Below, piece by piece: positions 55,946 through 64,000 of a stretch of DNA of 64,000 nt. The notes below the pieces were generated by a model. The model saw only the letters and a program-made list of their open reading frames with translations, had not been told where the DNA came from and did not search any database. The first letter of the stretch is position 1. Each line of letters begins with the position of its first letter. The stretch comes from Candidatus Fermentimicrarchaeum limneticum. Lineage in GTDB: Archaea; Micrarchaeota; Micrarchaeia; Burarchaeales; Fermentimicrarchaeaceae. The DNA is taken from assembly GCA_013426015.1 (NCBI GenBank), contig CP058998.1, forward strand, positions 794,758 to 858,757, read 5' to 3'. Both the position numbers and the translations under genes were made by a program.

Positions 55946-56709
55946 CCACGCACCCTGCGGGAAGCACGCTTGAGCGTGCAAGGAATCTTCAAGCCGCATT
56001 TCTCAATTTTGGGGTTTGACAGCACACTTTCTGTTGGGCCATCAAGCAGAATCCTCCCGTCGTTCAGAACAAGTACTCTGTCCGCATTGTCAAGAAGCAT
56101 CTCTGTATCATGCTCAACAACAACTATGGTTCTGCCTATTTTGTTCAGATTTTTTAGTATCCCGTAAAGTTCGGTTGCAGCGCCAAAGTCCAGACTTGAA
56201 GAAGGCTCATCAAGCAGGATGAGCTCCGGCTCCATTGCAAGCGTGGAAGCAATTGCGAGCTTCTGCTTCTGTCCTTCGGAGAGATTGTGAGGATCCTCAT
56301 CCCTTTTGGAAAGCAGGTCGAACATCCTGAGGTATTTTTCAACCCTGCTCTCTATCTCACCTCTGGGGAGCTTTCTGTTCTCAAGTGCAAAAGCAACCTC
56401 ATCCCTCACTTTGAGCGAGAATATCTGGGAGTTCGGGTCCTGCAGCACTATTCCAACACTCCGGGAAAGCTCGCTAACCTTATATTTTCGGGTATCCATC
56501 CCGCACACCACAATCTTCCCTTCGAAATTACCTGATACGAGACTGGGTATAACGCCGTTCATTGTGAGGAGAAGGGTGCTCTTGCCACTTCCGACCGGCC
56601 CTATCACACCAACAAACTCTCCTTTGCTGATTGACAAATTAACCTTTGACAGGACTGCCTTCTTCCTATATGAGAAGCTAAGGTCGCGTATTCCTATCTG
56701 CTCTACCAT
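55942..56709 (-). CDS. ECF/ABC transporter ATPase (EcfA/CbiO-like)
   Basis: Walker A GPVGSGKST, signature LSEGQKQKL, and Walker B LILLDEPSS. Confidence 0.8.
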   Translation of the reverse strand: MVEQIGIRDLSFSYRKKAVLSKVNLSISKGEFVGVIGPVGSGKSTLLLTMNGVIPSLVSGNFEGKIVVCGMDTRKYKVSELSRSVGIVLQDPNSQIFSLKVRDEVAFALENRKLPRGEIESRVEKYLRMFDLLSKRDEDPHNLSEGQKQKLAIASTLAMEPELILLDEPSSSLDFGAATELYGILKNLNKIGRTIVVVEHDTEMLLDNADRVLVLNDGRILLDGPTESVLSNPKIEKCGLKIPCTLKRASRRVRG

Positions 56710-57539
56710 TTCATATACCTCTCCATGAACCCGAACCGGAATGCCAGAGTCCAGGCAAGCATAACCTCTATTGCACCCTGAAACATATTCCAGCCGAATA
56801 TGAGGTACCAGGGGACTTTTTCCATGAACACCTCAGGGGATGTTCCAAAGAAAAGCGGCCCCGCAAAGAAATAGTTGGAAACAATCATCGCTATGCCGCG
56901 CACAAGAATGCTCACTATCATTACAACTGCCATTGCTTCCGCGCTGGAGAATATGAGTGGAGTGGTATCCTTTGAATACCTGCCCCAGAAGTGCAGCAGG
57001 ATGAAGGAGAAGAGGATTATTGCGGCGATGGGCAGAAGGCCGAGCAGCAGGTCCGACGCACTAACACTCATCTCTTTGAAACTTAGGTAATCCAGTCTAG
57101 GAACGGTGTATACTGTACCGGTGATGGACGGCACATATGCTTTGCCTGCAAGGTTTGCGCTTATTGAAAGGATGAAGAGCATCAGAGAAACAAAAAGTGC
57201 GAAGAAGACGTTTATCAGCAGTTTCCCAAGGTCGAAATTCTTCTTCATTGAGAGCATGTAGAAAGCAGGAACGAGGAACATCGGTACGGTTGCTGTGAAT
57301 TTCATTATCGCACCAATCCAGGAGGTTGGCGCCGCGAGAGTTATCACAAGTGCAGTCAGTATGGAGATGTACAGCGCTGCATCAAGACCGAAGAGCAGAA
57401 AACCCAAGATTATGGGGACGCCGACTAGATCAACGGTCATGCCGAAGCCGGTCGGTATGCCTATAACGCTGTTGGAAATCTGCAGCAGAGCTGCTATGCA
57501 TGACAGCATCGCTATTGCAGTGAGTTTGTAGGTTTTCAT
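56703..57539 (-). CDS. membrane protein, possible ECF substrate-capture (S) component
   Basis: Multi-TM protein immediately upstream of ecfA and ecfT in the same operon. Confidence 0.4.
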   Translation of the reverse strand: MKTYKLTAIAMLSCIAALLQISNSVIGIPTGFGMTVDLVGVPIILGFLLFGLDAALYISILTALVITLAAPTSWIGAIMKFTATVPMFLVPAFYMLSMKKNFDLGKLLINVFFALFVSLMLFILSISANLAGKAYVPSITGTVYTVPRLDYLSFKEMSVSASDLLLGLLPIAAIILFSFILLHFWGRYSKDTTPLIFSSAEAMAVVMIVSILVRGIAMIVSNYFFAGPLFFGTSPEVFMEKVPWYLIFGWNMFQGAIEVMLAWTLAFRFGFMERYMKW

Positions 57540-57575
57540 GGGGGAAAATAGGGGTTATTACTCTTTTAAATGTAT

Positions 57576-58637
57576 TCACTCAGAAAACAGTAGGCTCTGA
57601 AGCTCCACGTTCCACAGGCCAGCCTTCCGTGAATAATCGGCAACCTCCTCATACTCCTTTTTTGTTATCCTGCGCGTTATGTCGCTTATGCCGGCAGCCC
57701 GGTATTCCGGCCGATACTGGCTCATTATGTTCACCCTCACGCTGTCGCCAAGGTTGTCCGATACCCACTTCAGGACCGGTTTGGAGCAGCATTCCACATG
57801 GTTGGGGAGGACGAGATGCCTGTATAAAATTTCTGCATGCCTGCTTGCGGCGAGGCTGTTCCTTGTCAGGGTTTTCCAGTAGCCTTGTGGCATGAGCGAC
57901 AGCCTCTTTGCACATCCATCATTGCCATACTTGAAGTCCGCCAAGTAAACGTCAACAACGCCGTTCAGCAGCTCCATCGTCTCCTGGGACATTATCATAT
58001 TGCTGTTCCATACGACTGGGATGTTCACCCTGCATAGCTGCAGGGAGGCGAGTATGTTGTGCAGGTTGGGTGTGGGCTCGCCACCGACGAGATTGACGTT
58101 TCTTATCCCGAACTTCCTGTGGTGCTCCACCCACTCTGCAATTTTCTGGGGGGGCCATACCTCCCCGCAGCTTGGGAACTGGCTTATCTGCCAGTTCTGG
58201 CAGTACTGACAGCTCATGTTGCATCCCGAGAAGAATATCGTTCCCGAAGGTACCAGCTCTGGCTCCTCACCTATGTGCTCAAAAGCAGAAGAGATTCGCG
58301 ACTCATACCCGACACGGCACATGCCGAGCTCTCCCTTCTTCCTGTTCACCCTGCAAGTCCTCTCGCAGAATGAGCAATCGGCAATCATCAAATCGGCGAT
58401 GCGCTGCTTCAACTCCAGTAGATTGGGCCGCACCTCCTCAACGTGCTGCGGATTGTTGAGGAGCTTGGAGAACTTCTTCATCGCCTTACTGTGCTCGGCC
58501 CAGCATTCTGAAATCCCAGCAGGTATTGCCGCTGGGACTGATTTACACAACATGAAACGGGCGGGTAGCTCATCGTTCATGACGCGCACATATCTCCCCA
58601 GTGCCTTCTGGATTCCTGGGTCGTCAAAAACGTTCAT
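57576..58637 (-). CDS. radical SAM enzyme (PFL-activase-like family) with an N-terminal Cys-rich extension
   Basis: CNMSCQYCQN carries the CxxxCxxC motif. A CSFCERTC...C cluster lies upstream. The start is uncertain; the 451-aa track ORF is probably over-extended. Confidence 0.6.
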   Translation of the reverse strand: MNVFDDPGIQKALGRYVRVMNDELPARFMLCKSVPAAIPAGISECWAEHSKAMKKFSKLLNNPQHVEEVRPNLLELKQRIADLMIADCSFCERTCRVNRKKGELGMCRVGYESRISSAFEHIGEEPELVPSGTIFFSGCNMSCQYCQNWQISQFPSCGEVWPPQKIAEWVEHHRKFGIRNVNLVGGEPTPNLHNILASLQLCRVNIPVVWNSNMIMSQETMELLNGVVDVYLADFKYGNDGCAKRLSLMPQGYWKTLTRNSLAASRHAEILYRHLVLPNHVECCSKPVLKWVSDNLGDSVRVNIMSQYRPEYRAAGISDITRRITKKEYEEVADYSRKAGLWNVELQSLLFSE

Positions 58638-58706
58638 GTGCATATTCCTCATCTGATATTTAAGTAGCTGAGGAATGTTTTTAAATGGAGGAATTGAAAT
58701 TGAATT

Positions 58707-59186
58707 ATGGATTGCAGAAAAGGGCAGAGCGCAGTAGAATACCTCTCGATTTATGCGATTGCTTTTGCCATAGTACTTGTAGTGCTGGCTACAGTGTACT
58801 ACGTATTTATCGCACCAGGAAACCAACCCATAACCCCAATCTGCAAATTTCCGATAGACATCAACTGCGTTGACTTCTATGTGACGAGCAGCGGAAACCT
58901 GACAATTGTGATAAGACAGACCAGCGGACATCCCATAACCGTTACCGGCTTGAACTGCACTGCGCAGAACAATCCATCAGCCGTGACGAAATCCATGAAC
59001 GTGCAGTTTAATGAGGGAGAGCAGAAGTTGCTGGTGAACAACCAGCCATGCTACAGGTCAAACGGTGATGTGGCCACGGGGAGCGTGGGGAGCTATTACG
59101 CCGGGAAGCTGTATATACGGTACAATGAAACCGATACTGGTTTCAGCCACCTCCTTGTAGGCGATATAGTCGCCCAATACGAATAA
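58707..59186 (+). CDS. class III signal peptide (DUF361) pilin-like protein
   Basis: RKGQSAVEYL motif, a hydrophobic helix, and a C-terminal GKLYIRYNETDTG motif. Confidence 0.6.
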   Translation: MDCRKGQSAVEYLSIYAIAFAIVLVVLATVYYVFIAPGNQPITPICKFPIDINCVDFYVTSSGNLTIVIRQTSGHPITVTGLNCTAQNNPSAVTKSMNVQFNEGEQKLLVNNQPCYRSNGDVATGSVGSYYAGKLYIRYNETDTGFSHLLVGDIVAQYE

Positions 59187-59217
59187 ATTTATAAAGAGTT
59201 GCAAGCAAATAGAATCG

Positions 59218-59742
59218 GTGAGCACAATGAGAAGAGCACAAGCTGCGATGGAGTACCTAATAACATATGGATGGGCGATACTGATAATGCTAGTTGTCGT
59301 GGGAGTTCTGTTCTACCTCGGCATATTCACTCCGCGGGGCGTAAGCGGGTGCAGTTTCCAGACAGCAGGTTTCACCTGTTATGCATACAAACTGGCGTCA
59401 AATTCAAGTGGTGAGAGCGGTATTATACTGGATATGGGGCAGGCTACGGGGCATGACATAAAGATCATCGGCTTCAACTGCACCACTTCAGAAAGTTGGA
59501 TGCTGATCGACTTTGCGGCAGGCACCTGGCAGAATGTCACCATATCCTCAGGGAGTCATAAGACACTCAACGGAACATTAACGAAGCCGTCACCACTCCC
59601 ATGCTACAAAGCCGATGGCTCACTACTAAAGGCTAGTGATGTGGGCTCTTATTACAAGGGCAAGATATACATCCACTACCTAGATGTGGAAACGAATCTT
59701 GACCACAAGGCAATAGGGGACATATCAGGGAATGTGGAGTAA
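59218..59742 (+). CDS. class III signal peptide (DUF361) pilin-like protein
   Basis: RRAQAAMEYL motif, a hydrophobic helix, and a C-terminal GKIYIHYLDVETN motif. Confidence 0.6.
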   Translation: MSTMRRAQAAMEYLITYGWAILIMLVVVGVLFYLGIFTPRGVSGCSFQTAGFTCYAYKLASNSSGESGIILDMGQATGHDIKIIGFNCTTSESWMLIDFAAGTWQNVTISSGSHKTLNGTLTKPSPLPCYKADGSLLKASDVGSYYKGKIYIHYLDVETNLDHKAIGDISGNVE

Positions 59743-59779
59743 GCTGTTCTACATCTTGTATTGACGAGAAGGCGGTTTT

Positions 59780-60412
59780 ATGCTTAAATCCAGCTTTTCG
59801 GAATTCAGCAAGAGATTAGGCATCCGGCTGGGGATGGTATTCTCCAAAATCCCCATATCGGCGAATACATGGACTCTGCTTTCCCTGCTACCTGCACTGC
59901 TCGGTTTTGTTTCGCTTGTATACAAACGGATGGATTACGCCCTCATTCTTTTTGCGGTATCCGCGCTGATAGATGCAATAGACGGAGGAGTGGCAAGGGT
60001 GACAGGCACCGTGAGCAACCTCGGCGCGTATCTTGACGGCATGATGGACAGGATTGTCGAGGGGCTACTTCTGATGGGGATAATGCTGCACGGCATACCT
60101 GACGTTGTGATTGGTGGTTACCAGACGCCTGCTTATCTCTGGATTGCCGCGCTGCTCCTTTTCGGCTCGGTTATGGTGAGCTATTCCAGAGCGTATGCAG
60201 TTTACAGAAGGGTTCTGCGCGACGACAAGATAATCTCCAGGATGCCCGGCATTCTCGAAAGGGCAGAGAGGCTCATTCTGATATTCCTTGGGATGCTGCT
60301 TTACAGAGTAGAGCCTGTCTATCTGACGTATGCAATAGTAATTGCGGCTTTGCTTTCCATAATAACCGTTATGCAGAGGATGCTTTTCACGATAAGGAAT
60401 GCGGAGTATTGA
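59780..60412 (+). CDS. CDP-alcohol phosphatidyltransferase (archaeal polar-lipid head-group transferase)
   Basis: DAIDGGVARVTGTVSNLGAYLDGMMDR matches D-G-x2-A-R-x8-G-x3-D-x3-D. Confidence 0.8.
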   Translation: MLKSSFSEFSKRLGIRLGMVFSKIPISANTWTLLSLLPALLGFVSLVYKRMDYALILFAVSALIDAIDGGVARVTGTVSNLGAYLDGMMDRIVEGLLLMGIMLHGIPDVVIGGYQTPAYLWIAALLLFGSVMVSYSRAYAVYRRVLRDDKIISRMPGILERAERLILIFLGMLLYRVEPVYLTYAIVIAALLSIITVMQRMLFTIRNAEY

Positions 60413-60416
60413 TTAG

Positions 60417-61058
60417 ATGAGAGTGGATATGCACATCCACACCGTTTACTCAGGCGATTCGACCTGCAGACCTTCAAGGATAATCAGCGCTGCAAAGAGA
60501 AAGGGACTTGACGGCGTAGCGGTGACGGACCACAACACCACGAAGGCATGGAAGGAGATGCTGAGAGAGGGGAAGAAGGGCGGGGTTGCCGTAATTCTCG
60601 GAGAGGAGATTGAGGTGGAGAAGGACGGGAAGGTTGTTGGCGAGATCCTTGGCTATTTCCTTAGCGATGAGGTTGAGAAGGGGGACGTGCACGATGTTCT
60701 GGACAGGATTGCTGAGCAGGGCGGAGTTGCTGCGCTGCCGCATCCATTCTGCTTCTGGAGGGGAATCAGGATTGACATCAAAGAGATCGTTGGAAAAATC
60801 CAGGCTGTTGAGGTTTTCAATTCAGGAATGTATCTGAACTCCCAGAACAGAAAGGCATTGGGGCTGGCCAGGGAGCATCACCTCGCAGAGATCGGCGGGA
60901 GCGATGCGCATGTGGAGAGGGAGGTTGGCAATGCGTATACCCGCGCAGAAGCAGATGGGGTTGATAGGTTCAGGAAGGCGATAGAAAAAGGAAGAACGAG
61001 GGCAGAAGGAAAGCTGAGCAGCCACACGCTGAGGATTCTTTCAAAACTGCTCGACTGA
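60417..61058 (+). CDS. PHP-domain metal-dependent phosphoesterase
   Basis: MRVDMHIHTVYSGDS...AVTDHNT...LPHPF histidine motifs of the PHP family. Confidence 0.7.
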   Translation: MRVDMHIHTVYSGDSTCRPSRIISAAKRKGLDGVAVTDHNTTKAWKEMLREGKKGGVAVILGEEIEVEKDGKVVGEILGYFLSDEVEKGDVHDVLDRIAEQGGVAALPHPFCFWRGIRIDIKEIVGKIQAVEVFNSGMYLNSQNRKALGLAREHHLAEIGGSDAHVEREVGNAYTRAEADGVDRFRKAIEKGRTRAEGKLSSHTLRILSKLLD

Positions 61059-61060
61059 TG

Positions 61061-63541
61061 CTATCCCCCTTTCTTGATGATTGACTTTCCTCGTGGCGTC
61101 AGCTTGTAGAATACCCACTTCCTGCCGTCAACCTCTATCTTTTCAACAAGGTCGACTTCCCTCAACTTGTCCAGATGCTCCACAATCGTCGCCTTGCTCT
61201 TGTTCAGCTTGGAGCTTATATCTGTTGGGGTCCTCTCGCCCTCCATCAGCGTGTTCAGTATCTGCATCCTTGTTTCTGAGGAAAGCGCCCTGTACAACTC
61301 GCTGTCATCTTCTTCCCTCTGGAACGAATATTTTTTCACTATGCTGAGGACGATGAATAAGGCGAGCAGCACCGCTACTACACTCACTGGGATCACCCAC
61401 AGCTGGGAAAGGTTCTGGTTCTCACCTGCATTCCCCTCTCCTGGCGGTTGTGACGGACCTGAGGGAGTTAAGGTTGAAGGAATGATTTTTATCATCTCTC
61501 CTGCGTTGCACAGCAAGGCATTGCTTCCAACGGAAAGATAGTTTGCGGTCTGCGGGTTGTTTATCAGGTTGAGGTATTCCTGCGAGCCGAATGAAACGGT
61601 TCTTGTGGGCTGGTCTTCCCCGCAGGAGGTATCCTTCCATACCCCTCCTACTGAAACGAATGTCTTTTCGCCTATTGTTTTTGTTTCCTGCACGTAGGGT
61701 GTGACTGACGCGGTGCTCTCCGCAGCCTTGTACGCATTCGCAACTCCCAAGGTGCCTCCTCCTATCGAAGCCGCCATGGGCATAATGCCCACATCCCTCC
61801 TTACTGGGGTTCCCTCAGGTGAGATAACAATGTAGGAGGTGTATGGAGTCGGTATGCCGTATTTTGTTGCAAGTTCAGTGACCTGCTGCTTGAGCTCTGG
61901 GGTTTCCCCATCAAGCGTTATCTGGTCGAGCAGGTAGCCCACTTTCCTCAGCGCCCATGTCCTCTCGACAAAACTGTTTGACGAAGCCTGCGGGAAGTTT
62001 ACGATATAGCTCAGTTCCTTCTGCGTTCCACCCACCGAGCCTTTTAGATGGATGGTGGCTGCGCCGGAACCGCTGTATTTTCCTGTAATTACAAGCTGCG
62101 TTCCAAGGAATATGTCCGGCATCCTTCTTGGCAGGATATCGGAAGTTGAGAGTTCCGGTGGCACGCATACTTGGGAGAGGCATGTTGGAGTGATGCTGAG
62201 CTGCACATTTGAGAGCAGTGGCGCTGCTATCCTGTCGTAGAATGACTTCAGGGTAACCTCAAGCTCAGCCTCGTTCTTTATGTAGGTGGGGATTCCATCG
62301 CCAAATTCATTCGCGAGCTTGCCCAGCAGTTCAAAGTCCGCATCGTCGCCTACCCCGAATGCGAATATCTTGAAATCGCCTTTACTTTCTAGACTTTTCA
62401 GTATGTCCCCCCTTGAATGTCCTGTCGTATCCCTGCCGTCTGTAAGCAGGACTATTATGTGGACTCTTGAGTCATTCTGGAACTCTGCGGCTGCTACCGA
62501 GAGAGAATCCTGTATATTTGTGGAACCTTCTGCAACCAGATTATCTATGAACGTCTTTGCCTCCTGGCTAGAGCTTACGCCCTCCAGCTTTCCGGAGAAT
62601 GCCTTCTGGGAGCTTGAGAATGCGATTAGGTCAAACCTGTCAGCCCCGTTCAACTTATCTATGCCATACTTCAGAGCTCTCTGTGCCTGCTCAATCTTCA
62701 CTCCCTCCATGCTTCCGGAGGTGTCAATCAAAAAGACAACATCCTTAGGTAGTGAGGACTGGTTCACAAGTGAGGGGTAGACAAACAGCAGGAAGTAGCC
62801 GCTGTCCCCGCTTTTCTGCGCAAGAAGCTTTACATCGTACTCCCTATCGCTGACGCCGTAGTACAGCTGGAAGTCCCTGTCAGGGAGAACCTTCTCCTCG
62901 TAATACATTACCGTCGCCTTGCCCTCCTCCTCTCTCTGGACTGTTATGTTGTGGGTTGGCGAGTAGATGAAGCCAAGATTGCCTGGCGCGTTTATATTCA
63001 CGGTTATATTCACGGGATCTATCGGCTTTGTGGAATACCTTTCAGGGCTGAGGGGATACATGTAGGAGTACGTCCCGCCGCTGGAGCCTATTATCTGTTC
63101 GTATGTTATAACAACCTTCACAACCTTGCCCCTCGGCAAGACCAAGCTTGACGAGAAGGCGTCCCTCCCGACGTATTCCAGCAGGGAGGCATCCTTCCTT
63201 TCTATAACATACTGCTGGTATGTCTTCTTTGCCTCCTCGCTTCCGAGCAGCCTTCCTTCCAGCGTTTTACCGTCAACTATGAGCTTAACGTCCCTGATTC
63301 CGCCCCCCGGGACAGGGAATATGTAAGTTCCTTCCAAATCCCTGTAACCGTCATTCTTGAACTCCTGCTCCACCCGCGTGAATGCATATGTATCGTTTAT
63401 TGTGACTGTCACATAATGGTTGAGGATGAGTGGGTATGGGTCCTCGGGGTGGTGGGGGATTATGACTCCGTCCGCGCGGATGCAGCTTACCAGCAACAGA
63501 AGCGCTATTATCGCAAACCTCATCCTCATGAATATCACCAA
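61061..63541 (-). CDS. single-pass membrane protein: extracellular VIT-like and vWA domains fused, through a TM helix, to a cytoplasmic C-terminal ArsR-type winged HTH
   Basis: Signal peptide. vWA MIDAS motif VVFLIDTSGSMEG and a downstream ...LTDG... region. A TM helix VIPVSVVAVLLALFIVLSIV, then ...SSETRMQILNTLMEGERTPTDISSKLNKSKATIVEHLDKLREVDLV..., an ArsR-like HTH. Confidence 0.65.
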   Translation of the reverse strand: MVIFMRMRFAIIALLLLVSCIRADGVIIPHHPEDPYPLILNHYVTVTINDTYAFTRVEQEFKNDGYRDLEGTYIFPVPGGGIRDVKLIVDGKTLEGRLLGSEEAKKTYQQYVIERKDASLLEYVGRDAFSSSLVLPRGKVVKVVITYEQIIGSSGGTYSYMYPLSPERYSTKPIDPVNITVNINAPGNLGFIYSPTHNITVQREEEGKATVMYYEEKVLPDRDFQLYYGVSDREYDVKLLAQKSGDSGYFLLFVYPSLVNQSSLPKDVVFLIDTSGSMEGVKIEQAQRALKYGIDKLNGADRFDLIAFSSSQKAFSGKLEGVSSSQEAKTFIDNLVAEGSTNIQDSLSVAAAEFQNDSRVHIIVLLTDGRDTTGHSRGDILKSLESKGDFKIFAFGVGDDADFELLGKLANEFGDGIPTYIKNEAELEVTLKSFYDRIAAPLLSNVQLSITPTCLSQVCVPPELSTSDILPRRMPDIFLGTQLVITGKYSGSGAATIHLKGSVGGTQKELSYIVNFPQASSNSFVERTWALRKVGYLLDQITLDGETPELKQQVTELATKYGIPTPYTSYIVISPEGTPVRRDVGIMPMAASIGGGTLGVANAYKAAESTASVTPYVQETKTIGEKTFVSVGGVWKDTSCGEDQPTRTVSFGSQEYLNLINNPQTANYLSVGSNALLCNAGEMIKIIPSTLTPSGPSQPPGEGNAGENQNLSQLWVIPVSVVAVLLALFIVLSIVKKYSFQREEDDSELYRALSSETRMQILNTLMEGERTPTDISSKLNKSKATIVEHLDKLREVDLVEKIEVDGRKWVFYKLTPRGKSIIKKGG

Positions 63542-63705
63542 ATAGTTAGGTGAAGAGGATATTTATAGCTTGTTTGTTTTTGTTAGGTGCGCACCGAACA
63601 ATCCAATCTCACCTCTGCGTGAGTACTGGGAAAAGCAACTTTTGCGTTTACCAGTAATGTTAAATAGAATTGCAGTGCAAATGTTTTCCGCAGGAGGAGG
63701 TTGAA

Positions 63706-64000
63706 GTGGAAGGCAGTTATTTCAGGTATGACAAGCTGCAGCCCAGGGAGTACCAGCTCAGGATAGCTGAAAACGTACTGAAAAAGGGCAATTCGCTAGT
63801 CATCCTGCCAACTGGGCTGGGGAAAACTGCGATTGCATTACTTGTTGCTGATAGATACCTCCAGCAGGGGAAAAGAGTGCTCTTCCTTGCCCCTACAAGG
63901 CCTCTCTGCGAGCAGCACAGGAAGAGCTTTGAGGAGCTCATGAAGCTTGAGAGTGGTGATGTGCTGCTCATAACTGGAGAGCTGACAGCTGGAAAGCGCA
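63706..64000 (+). CDS. hef: Hef/XPF-family helicase-nuclease N-terminal helicase domain, partial (continues past the window)
   Basis: GTG start after an AGGAGGAGG ribosome-binding site. PREYQLRIAE...LVILPTGLGKTAIA (helicase motifs Q/I) is typical of archaeal Hef. Confidence 0.6.
   Translation, partial: MEGSYFRYDKLQPREYQLRIAENVLKKGNSLVILPTGLGKTAIALLVADRYLQQGKRVLFLAPTRPLCEQHRKSFEELMKLESGDVLLITGELTAGKR

Overview
The window is a dense, two-strand coding stretch of an archaeal chromosome, most likely euryarchaeal. It holds about 80 protein genes, five tRNAs and one IS200/IS605-type tnpB. The lineage call rests on LonB, Hef, Hjc, archaeal DnaG, PriS/PriL, PCNA, Csl4/RpoL, eIF2alpha/Nop10, a UbiA-family lipid prenyltransferase, class III (DUF361) pilin-like proteins, and tRNAs with non-canonical introns. 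No CRISPR array and no rRNA are present. Core content includes rad50 (with no adjacent mre11), a nurA / membrane-protein / herA operon, a replication island (pcna-[tnpB]-priL-priS-gins-L44e-S27e-eIF2a-nop10), an agmatinase-deoxyhypusine synthase pair, a larC1/larC2-larE-larB nickel-pincer cofactor cluster, purC/purE, coaBC, and a small-Toprim/dnaG/Lon-like-ATPase operon. Features that stand out are listed as findings: a stand-alone LigD-polymerase-like primase-polymerase next to endonuclease III, preceded by a zinc-ribbon mini-ORF and followed by a HycI-like protease; a 36-nt TATA-N8-20mer element present twice, once beside tnpB; two tRNAs interrupted at non-canonical positions; a perfect 443-bp tandem duplication of a pilin gene; tandem methyltransferase paralogs beside a DUF1998 helicase and several proteins of unknown function; a protease-less LonB paralog with a zinc-ribbon insert; and a vWA/VIT-TM-ArsR-HTH fusion protein. 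Annotations come from motif reading of the supplied translations. Start codons are approximate in several places.
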